Source of the DNA: the human T2T-CHM13v2.0 reference genome, Homo sapiens
DNA: 64,000 nucleotides
Strand: one strand, 5' to 3'
Assembly: GCF_009914755.1 (NCBI RefSeq)
Contig: NC_060925.1
Under the pieces are notes generated by a model. The model was given only the letters and a program-made list of their open reading frames with translations. It did not search any database and was not told the origin of the DNA. The position numbers and the translations under genes were made by a program. Shown here in pieces: positions 1-14,493 of this stretch (positions are counted from its first letter, which is position 1; each line of letters starts with the position of its first letter).

Positions 1-494
1 CTTCCAGTTGTAATGCCAAGCTTCTTTGGGGAAGCTCCTCTGGGTCTGTCCCTAATTGTGCTGTCTGGCCCTTGATTTCATGCCTGGCTTTCTCCACAAG
101 ACTGGGAGGGTCCTTGTTTTTCTTAAAGGCTGGCATATAGTCTAGGCACACACATTGGACTACTGCAATATGAACTGCATCTACTGCTTGTCCCTGTTCT
201 CTCCCCCTTCCAGAAGAGACAAGAGTCAGAAAAGGACTAAGCGAGATAGCTGTAACTGGGAGAGAAGAGAGGCAGATTGAAGAGGAAGAGCTGGACTAAT
301 ATATAATGTCTTCTGATCAGTCTGTCAGCAAATATTCACTGGATTCCTTATTGCAGGGAGGCTGAGAGTGATACAGGACATCCAGTGCCTCCCCCTAAGA
401 CCCCAGAGCTCTGTCCTATCCAGAGAGGCTAAACCAACTTGGATGGCTCAAGACAATATAGAAATAAACGCTAAAATATGGGATCTAGAGTACA

Positions 495-857
495 CCCAGG
501 GTTGCTATATCGAATTCATGTTTCTAGAGGTCAGTTCAACACAATGAATGAAGTGGACCAGGTGTAGGTAAGCAGGGAGTGGTGCTGGATGTTGCAAGCT
601 GGAGGACATGTGCCAAGGGTGAAGGGGGGCAGGACCACTCAGTTACTCTGTTGCCCAGTAGCCATGTGGGTCCAATGTTGTCACATGACTTTGTTTTTTA
701 TGAGAAGCTGGGTGTCTGTTTTTTCCATAAAATATCTTTAAATTTTTGGCAACTAATTCAGTTTAAAAAAAAAAAAAAAGAAAAACACACTATGTGGGCC
801 AAACCAAACATGTCTGCAGGCTGGATAGGGCCAAAGGCCACCAATTTGCAGTGTCTG
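495..857 (-). mobile_element. MER102-like hAT-Charlie DNA transposon fossil
   Basis: tgtgggccaaaccaaacatgtctgcaggctgg...ccaatttgcagtgtctg and tttttggcaactaattca match the reverse complement of the recalled MER102 consensus. Confidence 0.7.
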
Positions 858-1014
858 GGTTAGAATTATTCAGCGGGTTACAAAAAGAAAATGCAGTGCT
901 TGTGTGCAGGTTATGGGGAAGCCAATTTCTTTGTGATACAAAGGAGAACTTTCTGATAGAAGAGTTCTAGAATGGATTGCTTTGAGATATGAGCTTGTCA
1001 TCATAATGACTTCA

Positions 1015-1400
1015 ACACAGATGAATGTTTACTTGGTGCCAGGCACTATGTTAGGTTTGAGATACCTACCCATCAGTTAATTTCTGATGTAATGAATGTT
1101 ATGAGAGGAGGTTCAGGATGCTTGGAGAAAGTGTCAGGGATGTTAACCTATTTAAGGGCACAGAGGGATTCTGGCAGGCCTCCCTAAGAAAGTGGAATGA
1201 ATTAGGAGTTGGTTAGTGAAAGAGTGGACCTCCCAGAAGGCTCCTTTTTGAGGAAAAGCATAGCACCTTTGATGAGTGGAAAGATGGCATTATGGTTTTG
1301 GAGTTTAGAGAACTAGTGGGAAGAAAGGGCATAAATAGAGGTGGGAGAAATAGGCAGAGGTCAAGCTGGGGGCTGTTACTTGGATCCTTCATGTCAGTAA
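1015..1400 (-). mobile_element. L2 LINE fragment
   Basis: gtgccaggcactatgttagg and purine-rich L2 3' antisense motifs. Confidence 0.55.
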
Positions 1401-2014
1401 AGACTTGTTCTGCGGGCAGCAGAACACTCAACTCACACTGGCAAGAAAGGAAGCTACCACCCTATGCGGTTGAAGTGTCTGGGGTAGATCTTTGGGCAGG
1501 ACTGGATTGGGGCTCAAAGCATGTGGCCAGTATGCTGTTTTTCTCCCTTTGCTTGCCTACTTCTTAAATAGGTTCTCCCCTCTATTTCAATATGGCTGGC
1601 AGTAGCTTATCAGTGTTTGAGTTGGGAACTAGCTGCTGCTTGTGCCCAAGTTCCTTGTATTTGGAGGTGGTGTGCTCTGAGGAGAAGAAACAAAAATCTG
1701 GAGAAAGCTTAGAACCTAGAAAACTCAGCCAAAGTGACTTCAGACTCAGACACTTCAGCAGTCACCAGTTGCCAAGGCCTGCTACATTTCTGGATTCTGC
1801 CTCCCCAAGTCCAGTTGGAGCCTGCAAGGTGGACTCCCTGCTTCTGCTCCAAAGACAGGCTGGCTGCCCAGTGTGGTCCCTCCTGTGGAGTTGTGCAAAT
1901 CCAGGCTTATCAGGCCTGCCATTTCTCCCTGACCTCTCAGATCTACAGATCACTGGCTGCTATGAGAACAGGGATGGACCAGAGAGACAGTCAAATCTGC
2001 CCTGCTTGTTTTAC

Positions 2015-2130
2015 AAATGTTCATTTTACAGAAACTGAGGCCCAGCGAGGAAGTGGCTCTCTGGAGAGCACACCAGTAGTAAGTGACAGATTCAGAACTC
2101 ATGTTTTGGTTTTAGACTCTTGTTTTTTGA
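2015..2130 (-). mobile_element. MIR SINE
   Basis: cattttacagaaactgaggcccagcgaggaagtgg, MIR core. Confidence 0.7.
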
Positions 2131-5124
2131 CCCTTTTCGTGATATTATACTGTGGGGGCCCCTTTTTTTTCCGCATTTTTCTCTTAGAATGAAAAAGAAA
2201 ACTTGACATAGTAGTATACATTCCTCTTTTGAAAAGAAAGTTTGGCTTAATGATTTAATGGCTGTAAACTTAAAGCTGATGGTCTCATTTGACAGCTGAC
2301 TAGATTTTTAAGTTGTTAAATACCTAGAAGTCAGTGAGCCAGTGAAGAAAGTTAAAAAATTCTTAGACTTACTAGAATGTTGTTAGATTTTTTTTTTAAG
2401 TGCAAAGGTAAGTGGTCAATAACTATCATTGCGAACCAGTACCATCCAAACAATTTTTATTTTTTTATTTTTTTTTTTACTGAAAAGGTAAGTTATTTAA
2501 AAATACTTTAGAGGAGGAATGACTTTGTTTTGTGTTTGTTTATGTAAAAGCCACAGAAGAAAATTCCACCTGTAATTTTCAGGTAAAGTTCTATTTTGAA
2601 ATTGGATTTTATGACCTACATCTCTCTCCCTAGTCATTAAGGGGATATGAAGTTGTTTCTTTCTCTCTCTCTCCCTTTTTTTTTTTTTGGGTGAAAATTG
2701 CAGTAGGATTACTACTTTGGAGGAATCATTCATTTAATTTGATGATGGAACAAACTAAATGTCATTTAAATGTTTCTTTACCTTGCCCTCTTTTTTTCTG
2801 AGTTCAAAGGTAGCTTTCTCTACTTCAGATTTGCACAGTCAAATGATTTCAGAGTTAATTACAGTTTGAAAAGTTCCAACACCTAAACACCAGAGTGGGG
2901 AATGTAAAAAGTAGCTTATGGTCCATATTTCTCTGGATATAGTATGCTTTATTGTAATTGTAGAGTGGAAGCCAGGGGAGTAAATTCTTATCTTGTACAT
3001 GATAATGTCTTGGTTCTCTTCCAACCATAACAGTTATTATAAAGATGCAGTCAAAGCCCAAGACGGCAGCATTTTTTTTTCTTGCTTCCCCTTGGATTTT
3101 CATTTTATTTTATTTTTGCATGGAGTATTTTTAAAGATATTCAAGGCCCTGGTGGAAGGACGGTGAAAATTGGCAAACCAGTGAAAATGAATCTGAATTT
3201 TTAATTAGGCTTTGAGTTGTTTCTTCAAAGTGTGGACACATCATTAGGGATGTAAGTCTTGTTGCATTAGCAGAGACTGACATTTTACTTCAAACGCAGA
3301 GAGTGCAGCTGTCCTGTGCAGATAAAAGTCGCCAAGTATGGAATAGCAAGGTGGATTGGTAGATAATTAGCTGTCCCACATTACTGCAGTGTGGAAGAAG
3401 CCTGCCAGTCATGGGCAGGAAGGAGGAATTATTAGCAGGAGAAAATCCAAGTGTGTCATAAAGCAATTTGGAATCACTTCAGCTGTGGCAGAGCTGATAA
3501 GGCTTATGTTAAGGAAAAACAGAAACTGAGTCTAGTATATGGTGGCCAACTTTTCTTGCTTTCTTTTAAATAAAATCTTAATTCAAAAAACAAATTGCTG
3601 GAAATTAATGATCTATAAATATGCTGAAATATAGATTCATCAGTCTGCTTGACTCTATATATAAAAATTTAACCAGCTTACAGTAGTTTTATTTCCATGT
3701 CACTTGAAAATAAGGTAAGGATTCTATATAGGAAAAAATATATTACAGAGAAGCCGTGAACCCATGGCAATTACTGTGCTGTATATTACCATTAAAAGAT
3801 ATTTGAAGAAGAAAATTGGAAGTATATCATCTCTGATATAAATGTATAATATTTATAAATGGTTTCAGGATATTTTCATGTCTGTATTACTGGTAGCATA
3901 TGTCTGTGTATTTAAATATTTTAAGAGTTTTTCTGTGATCATTGCATTCATTTCTAAGGGACTAGAGGTGTAGAAAGACCTGTTGGGTTTCTTGTCCATC
4001 CTCTATCATTTGCTAACTCACATGAAACTTCATGGGATTTTTTTTTTCCCCACTTGGATTACTCCGTGTGCCTCTGCCAGAATACTGGCCTTCTTTGTTC
4101 TAACACAATCCGCTTTAATTGATTGGCTCTCTCTAAAGCCTATATTTCTCATGACAGCCCAAAGACAGGATGTGCTGAAATGGGTTGGTTTCCATAACTT
4201 TGCTTGGTGGTGCCTGAACAAGAGTTGCCCTTGGCCACTGCAGGAGACAGCCAGTGCTTTTTGCCGCTTTTTCTGCTCCCTTTCTAGGGGACTGTTAGTC
4301 ACAGAGTTGTTGCTGCTGTTGTTGCTGCCCTGAGTGGTTTTGGGGGAAAACCTGGAGAACATAGATTGGGTTTGTTTGTTTGTTTTCTGTTGCAGTCTTG
4401 GCTATTTGATCCAGAATTGGCTTCACTGAACCATTTATGAAAAGGGGAAATTTGCCACTTCTGTAGTCTTCAGGGGGGTTAGCCTGTGTGCTAATTATGA
4501 ACCAAACACATTTGTTAGGAGTGTTTTAAACTTGAGATAGTATAATTTCAGATGACCATAAAAGAGGCAAATACATTATTTGCACATATTCAGATAACAA
4601 ATGTAGGCAAGAGTTACAAGCAGTAAAACATCCTGGAGATTACTTATTAGAGCATGAGCTCTTGCAGGAAAGAACACAGACTTACTCATCTGCGTAGTCC
4701 TGGTATGGTTACCCCTGTCTGTGTCACATCATGAGGACTCAAAAAATGTCTAGACCACAGACATTGCCCAGCAGCCCTTAAATGGTAGACTTTGTAACTT
4801 TTTAGTAGTTACTGTTACAAATTTAGCTTTTACTACTGTGTTTAATGTGTCCATTTCATTACTTTAGAATTACCAGGAAATGTCTAGGGTCTTTATCTGC
4901 TACTAAAGATTAAGAATGTTTCAGGTGAGTAGAAGTATCTGCTACAGTATCAAGCACATTAGGACTCTAAGTAGACTCTAAGTATTAGTTGGTTCTAATG
5001 TTTAATATATTCACCTAGAGAAAGTTGGGCTACATTTAGGAATGTAAAACATACAAAAATGATTGTGTACTTGCAAACTATATACTTGAAGCTGCTTTAT
5101 CCTAGAGGTTAGACTTCATTAGTT

Positions 5125-5940
<816 letters not shown>

Positions 5941-6304
5941 AAGGGTTAGCGGGAGCGACAACTCTAAAAGGGAATCTGAAGCAGTGATGGAAAGGAGGAG
6001 CCAATCAGGGGAGGGGCTGGGGGCCTAGTAGAAGGAGGAACCAATCAACGGAGAGGTTGGGAGGGGACTTGGCAGAAGGAGGAGGAGCCAACCAGGGGAG
6101 CGGTTTAGGGGGTCTAGCATTCCAACAGAAGGAAGAGGCTTTGTAGAGGTCTTGAGAGACAGGACCTTGGTGTAGTTTAAGAACTGAAAGAAAGCCAGGC
6201 GGCTGACAGCATACAAGCAGAAGGGTGATGTGAAGGGAGGAATTTGGGTTCTTATTCCTCTTCAATTCAGGTATATTTCCCAGTAGCTCTTTTAGGCGTG
6301 GCCA

Positions 6305-6972
6305 AAAGTGTACAGTTCTGTGGCATTAAATACTTTTCATATTGTCGTGTAACCATCATCACCATCCATCTCTAGAACTTTTTCATCTTCCCAAACTCTG
6401 TACCATTGAACAATAATGCCCCATTCCTCCCTCTCGCCAGTTCCTGGCAATCACTGTTCTACTTTCTATCTCTCTGAATTTGGCTACTCTAGGTACCTCA
6501 TAAAAGTGGAATTAAACAACATTTGTCCTTCTGTGACTGACTTCACTTGGCATAATGTCTTCAAGGTTCATCCATGCGTAGCATGTGTCAGAATTTCCTT
6601 TCTTTCTAAGGCTGAATAATATTCCATTGTGTATATGTGCCACATTTTGTTTATCCATTCATCCATCAATGGACACTTGGCTTGCTTCCACCTTTTGGCT
6701 ACTGTGAATAATGCTACTACAAACATGAGTGTACAAATATCTGTTTGGGTCTGCTTTCAGTTCTTTTGAGCATGTGCCCAGAAATGAAATTGCTAGATCA
6801 TATGGTAATTCTGTTTGTCCGAGAAACTGCCGTACTGTTTTCCATAGTGGGTGTACCATTTTACTTTCCCACCAGCAATGCACAAGGGTTCTAATTTCTT
6901 CCCCTCCTTACCAATACTTGTTTTTTGTTTGTTTGGTTTATTTGTTTTACAGTAGCTATCCTAATGGGAGTG
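6305..6972 (-). mobile_element. L1MB-type LINE-1 3' end
   Basis: Typical antisense L1M 3' UTR/ORF2 end (caaggttcatccatg, ataatattccattgt, cccaccagcaatg). Minus ORF 6659-6883 resembles the L1 ORF2 C-terminus (CWWESKMVHPLWKTV). Confidence 0.9.
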
Positions 6973-6974
6973 AA

Positions 6975-8010
6975 AATATACACTTTTTGTTGAAGTTTCA
7001 TGAATTTTGAAAATGCAGTCATGTAACCAACACCACAGTCAAGATATACAACAGTATCATCACCCCCCAAAATTATCTGATGCTGCTCCTTTATAGTCAG
7101 TCCTTTCCCCACCTGAAACTCCTGGAAACCATCGATATATTCTCCATATCTATAGTTTTGCCTTTTCCAGAAGAGGATAAATGGAAACATTATGGTGTGC
7201 ATTTTGAGTCTGGCATCTTTCATTTAACACAGTGCATTTGAGATTCATCCATGTTGTATGTATCAGTAGTTAATTCCTATTTATTGCTGAGTACCATTCT
7301 GTTGTACAGATATGCCACAGTTTGCTTACCCATTCACTAATTAAAGAACATTTGAGTTTTTGTAGTTTTTTGTTTTGTTTTGTTTTGAGACAGGGTCTTG
7401 CTCTGTCACCCAGGCTGGAGTGCAGTAGCATGATCACAGCTCACTGTAGCCTCCACCTCCTGGACTCAAGTGATCCTCCCATCTCAGCCTCTTGAGTGGC
7501 TGTGACCACAGACATGCACCATCATGCCTGGCTAATTTTTGTATTTTTTGTAGAGATAGGGTTTCACCATGTTGCCTAGGCTGGGAGTTTTTTGATGTTT
7601 CAAATCTACTATTAAACATTCAGGGTTTAATAGTAGTTTTGGGTTGAATGTAAGTTTTCATATTTCTAGGGGTGGGATTACTGTGCCATATGTTAAGTGT
7701 ATGTTAAACTTTATAAGAAACTGCCAGTCTATTTTCCAAAGGGGCTATATTAGTTTGTATTCCCACCAGCAATGTATGAAAGTCCTGGTTGCTCCACAGC
7801 CTCACCACAACTTGGTAGAATCTGTCATTTTAATATAAGTCATTGTAAAATGTGTGAAGTGGTATCTCATTGTTGTTTTAGTGAATATTTCTCTAATGAA
7901 CAATGATGCTGAGCATTTTTTCATGTGCCTATTTGCCATTAGTATATCTTTTTTGGTGAAATATCAAAACCTTTGCTAATTTTAAATTGGGCTGTTTATT
8001 ATCGATTTTT
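6975..8010 (-). mobile_element. L1MC/MD-type LINE-1 3' end, interrupted by an Alu
   Basis: catgtaaccaacaccacagtcaagata, gagattcatccatgttg, tggtatctcattgttg. Confidence 0.85.
7365..7584 (-). mobile_element. AluJ, 5'-truncated
   Basis: gagacagggtcttgctctgtcacccaggctgg, gactcaagtgatcctccc; right arm plus part of the left arm. Confidence 0.9.
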
Positions 8011-8132
8011 AAATAATTTAATGATTTTTATTAAATTTGTAGCATTATGCAATGAGCACCACTATCTGGTTTTATAACATTTCCATAACCAAAAAAGTTT
8101 TCACATATTCATTTATTGTCAAGTTTTGAGAG

Positions 8133-8150
8133 CACGCGCACACACACACA

Positions 8151-8182
<32 letters not shown>

Positions 8183-8215
8183 TACACATACACACACACA
8201 CATACACACACACAC
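8133..8215. repeat. (CA)n microsatellite with TA interruptions
   Basis: Directly visible. Confidence 0.97.
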
Positions 8216-8544
8216 GTATTCAGATGTGTTTTTTATCTTCCGGATGTGGACTAAGTTCTGCTACTACAAATTGATTTTCTTTCGAGTGACATTGTTCTCA
8301 AAGGAAATTTGCTTTTATTATTTAAATAATAATGACATCCAGGATTAGAAATAATAAAGTGTAATCCAGGGTGTATAGAAATCTTCAAGAGAGCTGTGAG
8401 TTTTGCAGTTCTTGTTTTCAGCTAAAAACAAAGCATTATTTAGGATTTTTGGGTCAATGTGGCCTGTGTAGAATCTTGGGTTTAGTTAGTCAATCTGCAA
8501 GAAACTGTAGATTGAACTTCTGTTATGCACAAGCACAGCTTTGG

Positions 8545-9010
8545 GAGCTGGGAGCACACTGATGGATAGAACAGAGTCCCTGCCTTTAAGGAGCTTACAT
8601 TCTTATAAGAGGGAGATAAATATTTAAACATGTAAATGCTAAGTACATGTAATGTTGGACCCTGACCAGTTCTGTGAAGGACATAAAGTAGGTTAACATG
8701 GAGTTCAAAGAAGGCTTCTTGGGGGTGCTGATATTTGAGTGGAGGCATGAATGATGATTGGTAGCAGCCTAGGAGGACCTGGAGTAAGGAATAAAGCATA
8801 CAGAGACCTGTGGAGGGAAGGAGATCAGTGTGTGTGAAGGGCTGAAAGAAGGCACTGAAGAAAGGTGGGAATAAAGGAAGATGAGCGAGGATAGGATCAC
8901 TGTGGAGAACAAGTTTGGATTTTGTTCTGGCTGAAATGGGAAGCCACTGGAGGGTTTTAGGCACAAGAGCAAGGGAGTTGGCTTTTGCTTAGAAGGATCC
9001 CTCTGGCTGG
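8545..9010 (-). mobile_element. L2 fragment
   Basis: gtccctgcctttaaggagcttacattc, gggaagccactggagggtttt, aaggatccctctggctg. Confidence 0.75.
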
Positions 9011-9019
9011 TTCCATTTT

Positions 9020-9330
9020 TTTCTCTTACTCTCTTGGCTCTGTCACCCCCTGGCTGTCAGTTTATCCTCAGGCTGGTTTTGCCTGTAGTAAAATGAGTAC
9101 ATTCAGTAGAAGAGGGCACCTTTCTCCCCCCAGGCTTTGAAGGATGCCTTGGGCTCACTCTGATTGGACCTTAGTGGAATACAAGAGAATGGGATTACAT
9201 TAGTTTATGCCAATCAGGACCTACTCCTAGAGCCCAAAGCTCCTAGAGCTGGGTTGATTCTACTCACATTTTATGACCTACACAATCCAGTGATTTGGAT
9301 AGCAGAGAGGTGACACCAATATTTACTACA
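9020..9330 (-). mobile_element. Old MaLR LTR (MLT1J-like) fragment
   Basis: atcctcaggctgg, gggctcactctgattggacc. Confidence 0.45.
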
Positions 9331-11299
9331 ATTATCACTGTTACCATTCCACTGGCAGTAGACTACAGGGAATGATTTTGATCATTTTGGCTAGTGTCTT
9401 GGTTATGCTGGACCTCCTTTTTTAAAAAAAAAATGTAACTGATTATCTACTTAGCACCTGCCATACCTAATTTCAAGACAGACATGAAACAAAGGAAATG
9501 CATGGTGGTGTTACGTCAACCATAGTGCCAGGAACTGCTTAATTCATTTGGTTAGTAGAAGAATTCAAATCAATTAGTTTAGAAGGCAATTCTAATACTT
9601 TATGTATTTGAATATAATTTCAACTTTTTGTGAGGTGATGTGATTGTGGTTTGGAATTGTCCATGCTGGTGGGGTTTACATTTTACAAACATATTACTAC
9701 AGATACAGCTTCAAAATATAATATGTTTTATAGATAGAACTGGGTTTTTAAGTAGCTGGTGGTAGATGCTTTTATGATTTATGTTTTGTAAGTTTCAATT
9801 CTTTGACCAATCTCTGTTTGTCCATCTCTAATTTCTGGTTGGCTGTGTCTGTTCTATGATGATACTGAGAAAAGTTACAAAGAGAATTGGTACTTTTGGA
9901 TGTGGTTTTTAAACAGCCTGCAATTGTTTCATCTAATTAGTGAAACTAAAATACATGATTTTTATAAATGATTTTTGAGAGGTTTCTAGTTCCCAAAAAA
10001 TTAAAATCTATTCGGGACAGTTATAGAGAATTCATTGTACAGAGAATCTCATTATGACATAGTAAAATATTATTGAGGTGAAGTATGAAAACATCCTTTT
10101 TGAGTTTATCTTCCTCATAAAAATTTGTCTTCTATTTGATGCAAATCAAGATTATATAGGACTTGCATGTAACCTGGTAAATTTCTTGTTGAATTTTCAT
10201 TTAGTGTTTTTTGCTCATAAATTATTGAAGTGAGAGTATTGTGGTACTATTTTCCAAAATGTCTGACATTGAATGAAGAGGTGGGAGGTCTACTAACATA
10301 ACAGTATGTTCCTCCATTATTCTTTCTTTCAATACACATTGTGCATACAGCCTGCCAAGCTGTGTGTCTTATCCAGTGAATTCAAGTATCTTCCATTTCG
10401 TTAGAATTTGACTTTTATACACTGGTTCTCTTAGTTACAAGACTGAGATCAAAATTGTGTAGATAAACATTGAGCTATTCTTACTTTTATCATCACATTA
10501 GAATTCTATAAATGTCTTTTTCCTCAAAGCATTCACATCACTGTAGAACACCTTTAAAACATTAGAAATGATTCTCATGTTGAAACAATTTAACCAGGAA
10601 AATTAAATAAATAAGAAACTAAATAATTATTTAACATATATTTAAAGTCTGTTACTAGCCAGGTACTCTGGTAGATACCTAGGATAGAAAAGTCAACCAA
10701 ATACAGCCCTGCTTTCCTGGAGTGAACATTCTACTGGGGGATTAGTTAGTAAGCAAGCTGGGAACAGCAGGGGATGAGGGTCAGCTCTGGGAAATCATGG
10801 GAGATTGTTCATAAGCAATGGTGGAGATTTTTGCTTGATGGATGCCCATGGGTCATGTTCCCTGGAGGATTGTGTTTCAGGGATTAACTCTTTTTAAGCT
10901 AGTCTGTCCCAAGCTGTATTTCTTATTTATGGCATTTTTAGACAGCCCACGAGTGGCCTGTAAACAATTACTATGCTTCATTCTTCCTCTGTGTGTTTTC
11001 TATAAACCTTCAACTTGGTTTTTTATTTCCGTCTTATAACTGAGCTGCCAGTTGCCCTGAGACTTTTTCCATTTTCCAATCTCCCAGGAATGCTTACCTT
11101 TGTGGGCTTTGTGGATGTGATTTTGAAGAAGGAGTGAGTCCTCCAAACTAAAAGCCATTTTTAAGTAGTGCAGAGACCTTCCCCAAAGGAGGCGAGAGAT
11201 ATGGATGATTCCAGGAATCCCCAGTTTACAAAGAGTCTGGATTTCAAAGCTCGTTTCAGAGTCTGTTGTCTGGAACAACATTCACATAGAGGGGTTATA

Positions 11300-11510
11300 A
11301 AAGCAGACCCCGCTCTCAGGCCAACTCACAAAAGCCTGTTTAGGAGAAATGGGATTTTAATCCAAGCTCTCTTGCTATCCTTCTGAACCTCAGGTTTCTT
11401 ACTGTAAAAATCAGGGCTGTTTCCACCGTCGTTGTAGAGTTAAATGAGATGAGGTTTGTAAGAATATCTAGCACAATGCCTGATGCCAGAGGTCTCAGGA
11501 AGTGTTTGCT
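11300..11510 (+). mobile_element. MIR
   Basis: tctgaacctcaggtttcttactgtaaaa...gttgtagagttaaatgagat. Confidence 0.7.
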
Positions 11511-12159
11511 TTTTCTTCATGTGAGGATACATAATGCTAAGTCTTCAGAATTTTATACTCTACTCCTCACTTCTAGATTTGAGCAGCCAGGAAGAGTCCT
11601 GGGTGTGTGGGGATGATAGATGAGGAGGATGAATCTCCTGTTATTAAGGATGAGGAAAAGGGGAAGTGTTATAATATTATTAGTTCCTATTTATTGAGCA
11701 TTTACTATGCACTGCATACCATGCTAAGCACAAGTTAAGTACTGGCTATTATTACCTAACTTATACATACCCCAGTGGACCAAGCTGGATGACAGAATGT
11801 CCATTCCTAATTGCCTTAGCCAAAGGGAGTTGTACAAAGTTACCTAATTCCCTTGGCCAGAGGTACAAATAGCTCCATCTCAGCCCCTGCCCACTTTCAA
11901 TGTCGCCCCTGTCCACCGATCAGGAATAACTATTTGGGGATATTTTTGTCTGTCACTAAGCATTTTCAGCAAAAAGGAAGATATTTTTCAAATTCCCAAA
12001 GGGCAGAAGCAGCCCTCTCTCTGGTACTGCAGGTCTGACTGGGCATGGTTTCCTCTTGAAATGTCTCCTTGTGATGTTATAACTTAAAAGATGGAGGGCT
12101 GTTTGATCCAAGCCTAGGATTTGTTGGCTACAGGGTTTTCGTTAATAGAAAACATTCAT

Positions 12160-12178
12160 GCACCTCTAGGGGGAGAAA
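12160..12178 (+). promoter_or_regulatory. Candidate CTCF motif
   Basis: gcacctctagggggagaaa matches the CCNCYAGGGGG core; motif match only. Confidence 0.3.
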
Positions 12179-12489
12179 TTAAAGCACATACTTCTTCCTG
12201 TTTGACCTTCGAACCCTTGCCATTTACATCAAACACTCACTGGGAGAGAAAGCTAATTTAATAAACTGTGATAGCTTCTTCTCTAACAAGCCTCACTTTA
12301 AACTTGGCATTTTCTCCTCAAGCTGATGAGTTTCTGTCTTCTCAGAAGATGTGTGTACCCTTCAGACATCTGAGGGGAGAGAATGTACTTTGTGGGTGGT
12401 GCAATGCCTTGCTAATGTCATGTTCTCCCTTCAGTGAGTTTCAAAAATAGCTTGCCTTTTAAGAACAATTACAAAGGAGTCGTGCAAAG

Positions 12490-12620
12490 GCAGAGTGACT
12501 TGGCTTCAGCAAGCCTCAATTTCTTGATCTGTAAAATAGGGATTTTACCCTACCTCAAAGGTTGTAGTGAAGACCAAAAGCAAGAATTTATATAAAAGTA
12601 CTTTGTATCATGCTTTTTCA
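12490..12620 (+). mobile_element. MIR
   Basis: aagcctcaatttcttgatctgtaaaatagggat...cctacctcaaaggttgtagtgaag. Confidence 0.75.
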
Positions 12621-13047
12621 GTTATAACCTTTTATTCTCAGGGAAGTCAGCAAATGCTGGTGGGAACATAGATGCAGAGCAACATTTTCTCTCTCCAAAC
12701 ATGGACTGAAAACTCTTGCCCTTTAATTTTCAGAAAACCCCCCATCCTGTGGGGTTCTCATGTAAAAATTAAAAGATAAAAATCTAGAAAAATCTTTGCT
12801 TAAATAATTTTGAAAAAGTAAATAAATAATTGAACCTGTCTAAAATCGAGAGACCAGTATGATATGACTAATATTAATAATGTCTAGAATTTGTTACCCT
12901 GCTTAAATTTGGTCAGGGGTTGCTCTCAAATGGTCCAAACTATAAACATGCAGTCCATGAATGCCAGGGTCCCTGTATATAGTAACTAACCCAAAGCACT
13001 GGGAAAAGCAGTACCTTTCTTCAAGGACTGCTTCCTCTCTCTCTCTC

Positions 13048-13708
13048 TCTTTTTTTTTTTTTAAAGAAATGATCTCCCTCTGTTTTACTCTGTTTTCACA
13101 CTGCTATAAATAATTATCTGAGACTGGATAATTTATAAAGAAAACAAGTTTAATTGACTCACAGTTCTGCATGGCTGGGGAGGCCTCAGGAAACTTACAA
13201 TCATGGTGGAAGGCAAAGGGGAAGCAAGGCATGCCTTATACATGGTGGCAGGAGAGAGAAAGAAGAGCAAGGGGGGAAGTGCCACACTTTTATACCATCA
13301 GATCTCATGAGAACTCAAGAACTCACTATCACAAGAAAAGCAGGGGGGAAATCCACCCCCATGATTCAGTCACCTCCCTCCAGGACCCTCCCCTGACACA
13401 TGAGAATTACAATTTGATGTGAGACTTGGGTGGGGACACAGACTCAAACCATATCACCCTCTGTTGCCCAGCTTGGCTCACTGCAGCCTTGACCTCTCAT
13501 GCATAAGTGATCCTCCTGCCTCAGCCTCCTGAGTAGCTGGGACTACAGGCATGCACCACCATGTCCAGCTAATTAAAAATTTTGTTTTTTGTAGAGCCAG
13601 GGTCTTACTGTCTTGCCCAGGCTAGTCTCAGACTCCTGGACTCAAGCAGTCCTCCTACCTCAGCCTCCCAAAGTACTGGGATTACAAGTGTGAGCCACTG
13701 CACCCAGC
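13048..13708 (-). mobile_element. AluJ split by an LTR (pieces 13048-13080 and 13457-13708)
   Basis: Poly-T tail and gatctccctc; the Alu resumes at ccctctgttgcccag and ends gagccactgcacccagc. Confidence 0.88.
13081..13456 (-). mobile_element. THE1D/MSTA-type MaLR solo LTR
   Basis: TG...CA termini; ctggggaggcctcaggaaacttacaatcatgg; 5-bp TSD CCCTC at 13076-13080 and 13457-13461. Confidence 0.93.
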
Positions 13709-14184
13709 GGTTTTTTTTGTTTGTTTGTTTTTTGTTTTTTTTTTATTAATAAAAATTAACAGTGAGACACTAGCTTTGCTGTGTTGAAATCATATACTGT
13801 ACTTGATTTCCTGAAAGTACCTTTCACTAGTTTTTTTTCTTGACAAAAGATGGTTTGAAACTGGAACTTCCCTCAGTATTTCTGTTTGAATTTTAAAAGA
13901 TGGAAGCTTTTTTTAAAAAAAGAAATTTGGAATAAAAGGTGAAGAAAAAAATTGTTTTCATCTAGGTAGCATTATTCATTTGGGAAAAAGAAGACAGTTG
14001 AAGAAATTATTCTATACCTGCAGTTTAAACAACTTATATTTTGGAAATGTTTTATCCTTAGCAAAAGGCTAGTGGAATTCTTTGTTGCTTGAAGAATAAC
14101 GGCACTTGTATAACTTGAGAGAAATACGGGGAAGGATGGCCTTTATTCTGATAGCATGGAGTTGGGTCCCCCTATTGTTTTCTT

Positions 14185-14493
<309 letters not shown>

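Noticed and set aside
1592-2192. Two overlapping ORFs of about 150 aa
   Set aside because: No domain; Ser/Leu/Cys-rich composition typical of non-coding frames; they end in or across a MIR.
2400-2495. Isolated consensus donors AAG|gtaagt (similar ones near 17450 and 34980)
   Set aside because: No matching acceptor with a plausible exon; such motifs occur by chance in 64 kb.
6659-7223. Minus-strand ORFs with L1 ORF2-like C-terminal peptide
   Set aside because: Decayed L1M remnants, not a gene or an intact retrotransposon.
8195-8220. CA tract end resembling CA-repeat miRNA sequences
   Set aside because: Generic microsatellite with no complementary arm nearby.
13154-13422. ORFs in THE1/MST LTRs (also 30086-30485)
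   Set aside because: LTR-derived frames that recur in every copy of the family.
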